Shown: positions 36,779 through 42,370 of the stretch, in pieces
How positions within the stretch are numbered: position 1 is the stretch's first letter
Layout of the letters: every line of letters starts with the position of its first letter
Source: a virus
Taxonomy: Duplodnaviria > Caudoviricetes
DNA length: 42,370 nt
IMG/VR virus record: IMGVR_UViG_3300032320_002033
Span: 1 to 42,370 of that record
Direction: 5' to 3' (one strand)
Translations under genes and position numbers: made by a program
Notes under the pieces: model-generated
Databases searched by the model: none
Told to the model about the DNA's origin: nothing
Seen by the model: only the letters and a program-made list of their open reading frames with translations

Positions 36779-36987
36779 GTGTATGGCGAAAACGACAGAT
36801 TACTGATTATGATATGATTAAACTATTTGAGCAAGAGTACACTGGCGATCAGATTGAAAGAATCACTATGGATTTGCAGCAAGCATTTGATCCATTGTAT
36901 AATGCAGCAATGGTTGCTATTCCCGCAAATGAAGATAACTCAATGATGGGTAAGTTTAAAGTTAGAGTCGAATGGATTGATGCATGA
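36775..36987 (+). CDS. Hypothetical protein
   Basis: ATGA overlap; SD GGAG. Confidence 0.55.
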   Translation: MSVWRKRQITDYDMIKLFEQEYTGDQIERITMDLQQAFDPLYNAAMVAIPANEDNSMMGKFKVRVEWIDA

Positions 36988-37127
36988 TATTCATTAGTAT
37001 AATATTTTGTATATTGTTCTGGCATTGGTCAATGATAGCATTCGAAGAGGGTAGTATGGGGTGGGGATATTGGCACCTATTCTGGTCTGCTTTAAATGCC
37101 GCTTTTGTCCTTGGGCGTATCTTTTAA
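36984..37127 (+). CDS. Small Trp-rich membrane protein (47 aa, not in ORF track)
   Basis: MIFISIIFCILFWHWSMIAFEEGSMGWGYWHLFWSALNAAFVLGRIF; ATGA overlap. Confidence 0.6.
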   Translation: MIFISIIFCILFWHWSMIAFEEGSMGWGYWHLFWSALNAAFVLGRIF

Positions 37128-37163
37128 TTCCGTAAAACTATAAATATTATTATTTACGGGATT
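37126..37163 (+). promoter_or_regulatory. Late promoter TATAAATA (37139-37146) in the loop of an RBS-masking hairpin
   Basis: aattccgtaaa (37126-37136) pairs with tttacgggatt (37153-37163), which contains GGGA upstream of ATG 37168. Confidence 0.78.
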
Positions 37164-37167
37164 TAGC

Positions 37168-38502
37168 ATGAAAACCTTACGAAAGCTTAGAGAAGGTCTT
37201 AAAGTAGTAGCAGTTGACACTTTAGGTAAAACTATTCCCAAGAGCAAGATCAATAGCCTGCAGGGTGCCATAATGAAACGAGATATTCAGGGCACTAGAC
37301 AGGACGAGTCCACCATGGGTGTTGGTGAGATTGACGCTGGTCTATATACTAAAAAGAATACATATCCAAAGACCAAAACAAAGTCTGCTGCTGTAGGGGA
37401 GACCTCTAATCCCGCATTTCACAATCCCTTTAGTTCGACTAAATCCTCATCTACTGTAGATAAAATACAAAAAGCTAAGACTAGAAAAATCAATCAACCT
37501 GGTCAAGGTGTGTATAAGAAACAGACTCCATCTACACGAAAACGTGTTGTCAATAATTATATGAAAATGCTTAAGGATATTGGTGAGCAAACAGAATATA
37601 CTGTTAAGCACGGAGATACTGAACAAACAGTTAATGACTACGATCACGCTATAAACAAAGCTCGAAGCATTTTAGCATACGGTAAAGCAAAAGAAGTTTA
37701 TATTCATACCAATGGTAATCCTACGCATAAATGGCAACTTGGCAAGCATATCGAAAAGATAAAAGAAGAAGTTGATCTTGATGAGGCAGTTGAAGTTCAG
37801 TCACATCATTATGAATTTAGCCATGGCAAGCGCCCGGCAGGGGAAGGTATGTGGATGTTTACTCCGCATAAAAATATTGATTTTTCTAAGCATAAAGAGG
37901 GTGAGCACTATATCAGCGTGCATGGCAAATATGGTGAGGCTAAAAAGAAAGCACAGCAATGGGCTAAATCAAAAGGTCATCGTATCATTAAAATAGCTGA
38001 AGAAGTTGAACTAGATGAAGCTAAGCGTCCAGATAGACCACTACCTAAAACCAACTTACGTGTTGGAGATAAAGTCGTAGCTGATACAAGTAAAGAAGAT
38101 TATCCTGGCGGACACAAACAACGTGTAGGTGTAGTCACACGAGTTGGCGAAAAGGGTGTTCATATTAAAACAGATGATAGCAACGAACCAGAATGGCATC
38201 CGCATAAAATTGTAAAAAAGCAGATGAATGAATTAGATGAAGCAGGTCGCTGTTGGACAGGATATAAACCTAAACCAGGTAAGAAAGCATATTCACCAGG
38301 TTCCTGCGTAAAAGAAGAAGAAGTTTTTGATCAATTAGATGAAAGAGGTTTAGATGTAGGTCATCAAAAGAGACAAATGTCTAAACACTTTGATAGATAT
38401 ATTCAAGCTGTGCGTGCAGGCAAATTTAATCAAGCAAGAATGCACTACAAGAAATATAATGAGCATAAACAAACACTGCAGAAAACAGGCCATACAACTT
38501 AA
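37168..38502 (+). CDS. Probable internal head (core) protein processed by the prohead protease
   Basis: Late promoter; N-terminal MKTLRKLRE; repeated (I/L/V)xE sites (IKEEVDLDE, IAEEVELDE, MNELDE, QLDE); CW.GY...CVKEE module; K-rich. Confidence 0.65.
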   Translation: MKTLRKLREGLKVVAVDTLGKTIPKSKINSLQGAIMKRDIQGTRQDESTMGVGEIDAGLYTKKNTYPKTKTKSAAVGETSNPAFHNPFSSTKSSSTVDKIQKAKTRKINQPGQGVYKKQTPSTRKRVVNNYMKMLKDIGEQTEYTVKHGDTEQTVNDYDHAINKARSILAYGKAKEVYIHTNGNPTHKWQLGKHIEKIKEEVDLDEAVEVQSHHYEFSHGKRPAGEGMWMFTPHKNIDFSKHKEGEHYISVHGKYGEAKKKAQQWAKSKGHRIIKIAEEVELDEAKRPDRPLPKTNLRVGDKVVADTSKEDYPGGHKQRVGVVTRVGEKGVHIKTDDSNEPEWHPHKIVKKQMNELDEAGRCWTGYKPKPGKKAYSPGSCVKEEEVFDQLDERGLDVGHQKRQMSKHFDRYIQAVRAGKFNQARMHYKKYNEHKQTLQKTGHTT

Positions 38503-38504
38503 TA

Positions 38505-38663
38505 ATGTATACAGATGATCAAAAGAAAGCAATTGAAGATTGTATTAACGATTTAATAATTGCTAAGAAACTTATACCCGTAAAGAACAAGACCGACTTC
38601 CATAAAAAAGTCGGTTTTCAGTTTGCTATCGAATATCTTAAAGCAAAATTAGCAAAACAATAA
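38505..38663 (+). CDS. Small hypothetical protein (52 aa)
   Basis: ATG 2 nt after the previous stop; fills the gap up to the next promoter. Confidence 0.45.
   Translation: MYTDDQKKAIEDCINDLIIAKKLIPVKNKTDFHKKVGFQFAIEYLKAKLAKQ
38589..38618 (+). terminator. Possible intrinsic terminator
   Basis: aagaccgactt-ccataaaa-aagtcggtttt hairpin ending in a T-run, downstream of late gene 37168. Confidence 0.4.
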
Positions 38664-38674
38664 TAAAATAATGC

Positions 38675-38703
38675 TTGACTTCTTGTCCATTTTATGCTAT
38701 AAT
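38675..38703 (+). promoter_or_regulatory. Sigma70 promoter with extended -10
   Basis: TTGACT (38675-38680), 17 bp, TATAAT (38698-38703) preceded by TG; strong SD AAGGAG downstream. Confidence 0.82.
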
Positions 38704-38730
38704 AAGATATAATGAAGATAAGGAGAAACA

Positions 38731-38922
38731 ATGAGTCGCAAAACCAAAGAGCAAATTAAGCAAATGACAGCAGAAGAACTGCACGTCGAAATGGAAATGG
38801 TCTACGAATCTATGCAGCATTGGAAAAGGTTAGGTGATAGCGGTGACTTTGGTCGAGCATTGCAAGATGCAGGTTATTATGAGTTACGTGATCAATTAGA
38901 GAAACTTACGGAGGCTAGTTAA
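38731..38922 (+). CDS. Small early hypothetical protein
   Basis: First gene after the promoter; SD AAGGAG. Confidence 0.7.
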   Translation: MSRKTKEQIKQMTAEELHVEMEMVYESMQHWKRLGDSGDFGRALQDAGYYELRDQLEKLTEAS

Positions 38923-38923
38923 T

Positions 38924-39076
38924 ATGGGCTGGAAACTTAATGCTTTTCTAAATAAGAACTTTCCGAGAGTTCTTAGTGTATTGCAAAATTACACCATTCT
39001 AGAATGGGTAATTACATTTGGAATTATGTATATACTATTCATTGTTCTGTTAGGTATATCATTTTATTCTAAGTGA
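38924..39076 (+). CDS. Small membrane protein (50 aa, not in ORF track)
   Basis: SD GGAGG; C-terminal TM WVITFGIMYILFIVLLGISFY; TGATG overlap with the next gene. Confidence 0.6.
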   Translation: MGWKLNAFLNKNFPRVLSVLQNYTILEWVITFGIMYILFIVLLGISFYSK

Positions 39077-39714
39077 TGAAAGTATTTCCAATCTTTAGCG
39101 TAGGACTCGGCGTAGCAAATATGTCCGAATATCTACCTTTGGCTAGAAAAATATTTGCCGAAAATAGACACACCTTAGTAGATGGTGATAGAACAGTTAC
39201 TAATTTTGTAAAACAAAATGCAAATAAGCATGTTGTAAAAGATAACTATACTAATCCTGAAGATGTAGATAAACTAAAATTAGCTATACTTAGATGGGGT
39301 ACAGAGTATCTTAAGAAAGTAGGATTTCATATGGATTTCTATTCATATGAAGTTAGAAACTTATGGTTAAACGAGTATGCTAACCCCGATGCTAGGCAAT
39401 TTGTTCATAATCACTATGGTTATATGATTAGTGGAACGTATTATGTAGATACACCTGAGGGGTCAGCACCTATAATATTTACTAATCCAATGTATCAGTT
39501 TAATGCCGCATTTCCTGCAGATGAAATTAGAGAACATGATGTTTTTAATTCTGACTTTTGGAGAGTAGTTCCAATTGAGGGTGAAGTCGTATTTTGGAAT
39601 TCAAATCTATTACATGAAGTGCCTGAGGGAACTAACAAAGAGCCAAGACGATCTATTTCGTTTGATATAACGGTAGACAAGTATGTAGGGAGCGCTTACT
39701 CTAGTCATAAATAG
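39076..39714 (+). CDS. 2OG-Fe(II) oxygenase-like protein (phage TIGR02466-type)
   Basis: W.N.Y......H.H....ISGTYYV...G....F.NP...P.EG....W.S.L.HEV......RRSISF. Confidence 0.85.
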   Translation: MKVFPIFSVGLGVANMSEYLPLARKIFAENRHTLVDGDRTVTNFVKQNANKHVVKDNYTNPEDVDKLKLAILRWGTEYLKKVGFHMDFYSYEVRNLWLNEYANPDARQFVHNHYGYMISGTYYVDTPEGSAPIIFTNPMYQFNAAFPADEIREHDVFNSDFWRVVPIEGEVVFWNSNLLHEVPEGTNKEPRRSISFDITVDKYVGSAYSSHK

Positions 39715-39734
39715 TCCTATAGTCTTAGGAGCTA
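39706..39734 (+). promoter_or_regulatory. Late-promoter variant CATAAATA (39706-39713) overlapping an SD-masking hairpin
   Basis: tagtccta (39712-39719) pairs, with one bulge, with taggagcta (39726-39734), which contains AGGAG. Confidence 0.6.
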
Positions 39735-39737
39735 ATT

Positions 39738-40964
39738 ATGGCATATTTTTATACTTATAAAATTCTTGGTCAAGTAAATACTGCGAACGTAGCAAACAGT
39801 TTGATTTCATTATATACTTGCCCCCCAGACGCAACTGCAACGATATCTGGTCTTAATATTTGTAATAGATCATCTACAATGAATAGTTGGTTTTCTGCAG
39901 CGGTTATCCCGCCGATGGGAACTAATGCTCAAGTATCACCGTTAACTGCATTTACCGGAGCATATTTTTTAGCAGCGAATATAGCTATAAACGCCGGTGA
40001 TAATATTGGTATGGTGTTAGGTGCAACATTAGATGCAAATACTCAGATTGCATGTATGGGTACTAACGATAATCTATCATTTAATCTATATGGTGCTGAA
40101 AGAAGATTACTACCAGGTGGAGAATATTCTGATGGCACACCTGTACCTGCACCGCAATTTGGATTTACAGGTCCTTCATGGCTACCACCTGATCCGATTA
40201 TTCAATGGGGCTCGTCTTCAGATCTTTCAGCATGTAGCGCAGTATTCATTAAAGCACAGACCAATACAAATACAGATGGTATGTATTGGATTACGTTAAA
40301 CGGTACTCCTACACAAACCTATTGCATTATGGATTCGGCTGCAGATGGTGGCGGTTGGATGTTAGCCATGAAGGCAACTAATTCGGGGTCAACATTCCAG
40401 TATGGTGCAAATTATTGGACAACTACTAATACATTAAATCCTTCAGATGTAACTAGAGGCAATGCTGATGCTAAATATGATACATTTAACTATTACGCAT
40501 CTAAAGACATAATGGCTGTATGGCCAGACATATTAACAACAGGTGGAGGTTTCGGTACATCCCCCTCAACTAATCCATTCGGTTGTTGGACTTGGTTAGA
40601 AAATAACTATAACGGTGGCACAACACAAACATTGGTTAATTGGTTTGGTACTACTGCAGGAAATAGAAGATTTATAAGATTAGCAAAATCATCTAACTCT
40701 TGGCAGAACGGAATTTTCTCAAGCCAATCAGATATTAACTTCTATGGATTTAATTGGACAGATAATTATAGTGCAAGATGGGGATTTGGCTGGAATGAAA
40801 ATGGTGGAGGAAGTTGGCCAGGTGGCAATACTGGTTCAGATGATGTAGGCGGTGGTATAGGTTTATCGGGTGGTCAAACTTGGTCAGCGGGTGACTATAT
40901 TAGTTGTTGTCAAGATTCTACAGGTATTAATCGTCAAGCAAGAGTAGAAGTTTACGTTAGATAA
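39738..40964 (+). CDS. Virion protein: ~110-aa adaptor domain fused to a fibrinogen/intelectin-like domain
   Basis: N-terminal YKILGQ...LYTCP...ISGLNICN...LSFNLYGAE; Pro-rich linker; DG.YWI......TYC.MD...DGGGWML. Confidence 0.72.
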   Translation: MAYFYTYKILGQVNTANVANSLISLYTCPPDATATISGLNICNRSSTMNSWFSAAVIPPMGTNAQVSPLTAFTGAYFLAANIAINAGDNIGMVLGATLDANTQIACMGTNDNLSFNLYGAERRLLPGGEYSDGTPVPAPQFGFTGPSWLPPDPIIQWGSSSDLSACSAVFIKAQTNTNTDGMYWITLNGTPTQTYCIMDSAADGGGWMLAMKATNSGSTFQYGANYWTTTNTLNPSDVTRGNADAKYDTFNYYASKDIMAVWPDILTTGGGFGTSPSTNPFGCWTWLENNYNGGTTQTLVNWFGTTAGNRRFIRLAKSSNSWQNGIFSSQSDINFYGFNWTDNYSARWGFGWNENGGGSWPGGNTGSDDVGGGIGLSGGQTWSAGDYISCCQDSTGINRQARVEVYVR

Positions 40965-41356
40965 TGGAGAATAAAATGGGTGAAGATGGTGATATGATTG
41001 TTGAGTCGTATATGGCAAAGAAGGCTTTAGGCATTACAGATAAACCATTAGACATTAAGTATATTGTTGCCGGCAACTTTAAAGAGTATACAGATTTTTT
41101 AAATCGAGATATTGAAAACGGCATTTCTTCAAGAGTAATAAAAGGTCAAGGTAGCCCATATCGATATGTGTTCATTGATATAGGTGACGGTGGGATTCTA
41201 GCCAAAGCAAAAAAGATGCAGGGATATTTTGTAGGGACTTGGGCGGATAGACCAGATATTGAAGGAATACAAAGAATAATTAAACAAAAGAAAGATATTG
41301 AGAAGGATCAAGAGCTTGAGTTAAAAATACGTTTGGAAGAATCAAAATATGGTTAA
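40964..41356 (+). CDS. Hypothetical protein
   Basis: TAATG overlap; YIVAGN..EY...G.F.GTW..RPDI. Confidence 0.6.
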   Translation: MENKMGEDGDMIVESYMAKKALGITDKPLDIKYIVAGNFKEYTDFLNRDIENGISSRVIKGQGSPYRYVFIDIGDGGILAKAKKMQGYFVGTWADRPDIEGIQRIIKQKKDIEKDQELELKIRLEESKYG

Positions 41357-41363
41357 CTATTAT

Positions 41364-41392
41364 TTGACTTTTTGGCAAGGATGCTATATAAT
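41364..41392 (+). promoter_or_regulatory. Sigma70 promoter with a palindrome over the -10
   Basis: TTGACT (41364-41369), 17 bp, TATAAT (41387-41392); atgctat-ata-atagcat inverted repeat at 41381-41397. Confidence 0.78.
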
Positions 41393-41454
41393 AGCATAAA
41401 AGTCTGCCAACATCGCAGACCCACCCAGAAAGCAGTTTTAACCAAGGAATACAA

Positions 41455-41574
41455 GTGTTTGATATATTTTGGACATGGCTAGAAAATAACTGGATTTACA
41501 TACTTTCAGTAGAAGTTTTCATTATTGGCTTATGCTGGGTTTGGATAGCGCTTAAAATGACAGGGCAAGTATGA
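41455..41574 (+). CDS. Small membrane peptide (39 aa)
   Basis: SD AAGGA plus GTG; MFDIFWTWLENNWIYILSVEVFIIGLCWVWIALKMTGQV. Confidence 0.55.
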   Translation: MFDIFWTWLENNWIYILSVEVFIIGLCWVWIALKMTGQV

Positions 41575-41660
41575 ACTTTATTATGAAAATTATTGATTGG
41601 ATCAGAGGTCCTCAGTTGACCTATCCGCCTGTACGAATAGAACCAACACTGAATGATTAA
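41571..41660 (+). CDS. Small peptide (29 aa)
   Basis: ATGA-coupled to the previous ORF; MNFIMKIIDWIRGPQLTYPPVRIEPTLND. Confidence 0.4.
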   Translation: MNFIMKIIDWIRGPQLTYPPVRIEPTLND

Positions 41661-41775
41661 CGTGTTATATGGTTTAAGTATAGGCGCAGGCATTGTATAT
41701 TTGATGACACATCAAATTATATCATTTTTATTAGGCGCAGTTGCGGTAGCACTTGCTTTATTATTGGAGGAATAG
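41653..41775 (+). CDS. Small hydrophobic membrane peptide (40 aa)
   Basis: MINVLYGLSIGAGIVYLMTHQIISFLLGAVAVALALLLEE; stop overlaps the next GTG. Confidence 0.5.
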   Translation: MINVLYGLSIGAGIVYLMTHQIISFLLGAVAVALALLLEE

Positions 41776-42149
41776 TGAACGAGAAAATCAAAATACTGGC
41801 TGAGGAAGCAGTTAACGCTGTTCAGTCACGTCCAAATGGTACTTGCGATATGAGCAAATACAATCAAAAGTTTGCAGAATTAATTATCAATAGATGTATT
41901 CAGATAGACAAAGATAATCCTGATGCTGCACCGGGTGTTGAGATAGCAAAATATTTTGAAATGAATGAAGATAAGTTAGTATATCATGCATGGCGCAATG
42001 CCGAATCTTATCAGGTACCAATGACTGAACAAGGACAGAAACTAGCTGATGCAAGATACTATGCATTTAAGAAAGGTTGGGCGTATGCAGAGTTTTATGC
42101 TAAGCATGGGCATATTGATATGAAAGAATACAATGAACGAACGGATTAA
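41775..42149 (+). CDS. MNE(K/R)IK...KFAELII family hypothetical protein (paralogue 1)
   Basis: SD GGAGG plus GTG; motif shared with the next ORF. Confidence 0.7.
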   Translation: MNEKIKILAEEAVNAVQSRPNGTCDMSKYNQKFAELIINRCIQIDKDNPDAAPGVEIAKYFEMNEDKLVYHAWRNAESYQVPMTEQGQKLADARYYAFKKGWAYAEFYAKHGHIDMKEYNERTD

Positions 42150-42342
42150 ATTACTTGCGGATAAAGCAGACATTGGCTGGGATGACAAGTATCAATGGTA
42201 TGTTGGCAGACCATCGCTTGAAAAGTTTGCTAAGCTTATTATCGAAGATAGTATTAACATTGCAAAAGAAATAAATGTTACTCAGGATAATGCTTGGTAT
42301 CTTTCTCGTATATTAAAAGATCGGTTTGGTATTGAAGAATGA
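42133..42342 (+). CDS. MNERIK...KFAKLII family hypothetical protein (paralogue 2)
   Basis: MNERIKLLADKA...EKFAKLIIE...I...FGIEE. Confidence 0.7.
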   Translation: MNERIKLLADKADIGWDDKYQWYVGRPSLEKFAKLIIEDSINIAKEINVTQDNAWYLSRILKDRFGIEE

Positions 42343-42370
42343 ACGATAAAATTAAAGAGTTTGCTGGTAA
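42339..42370 (+). CDS. Third MND/EKIK paralogue, truncated by the window end
   Basis: ATGA overlap; MNDKIKEFAG... Confidence 0.5.
   Translation, partial: MNDKIKEFAG

Noticed and set aside
41398-41450. GC-richer intergenic stretch as a tRNA
   Set aside because: No cloverleaf, T-loop GTTC motif or acceptor stem. I saw no tRNA anywhere in the window by eye; tRNAscan-SE would settle this.
40586-41491. 21/23-nt match (40586-40608 vs 41469-41491), both encoding WTWLENN, as a possible DGR template/variable repeat
   Set aside because: Too short, mismatches are not adenine-specific, there is no reverse transcriptase in the window, and such a match is plausible by chance in AT-rich DNA.
1-42370. Alternative genetic code (stop-codon reassignment)
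   Set aside because: Conserved genes are full length in the standard code, and TAA, TGA and TAG all serve as stops at sensible gene ends.

Overview
This 42.4-kb AT-rich window is part of a large T4-like myophage genome. All credible genes are on the + strand in the standard code. Core genes are gp61 primase, thyX, nrdA/nrdB, dCMP deaminase, two GIY-YIG proteins, an Rz/Rz1-like spanin pair and a SleB-type hydrolase. Spanins, lipoproteins and sigma70 promoters point to a Gram-negative, probably proteobacterial, host (inference). Islands of virion/fibre genes, most starting at a T4-type late promoter (NATAAATA), alternate with early blocks that start at near-consensus TTGAC(A/T)-N17-TA(T/G)AAT promoters. 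The most striking unexplained structure is a modular adhesin-like kit. A four-part cassette (small protein ending in P-[FL]-L-L, ~110-aa adaptor, glycine-rich tip protein(s), ~125-aa RKNYAG partner) occurs twice, and its parts are reused as fusions to a long fibre and to a fibrinogen-like domain. Several promoters sit inside RNA hairpins that would mask the downstream RBS or start codon on read-through transcripts. There is also an early envelope cluster (glycine-zipper, entericidin-like, LPP20-like and DUF4384-like proteins) and a probable protease-processed internal head polyprotein. I saw no tRNA, CRISPR array, reverse transcriptase or integrase. Family calls come from motif recognition only; no searches were run.
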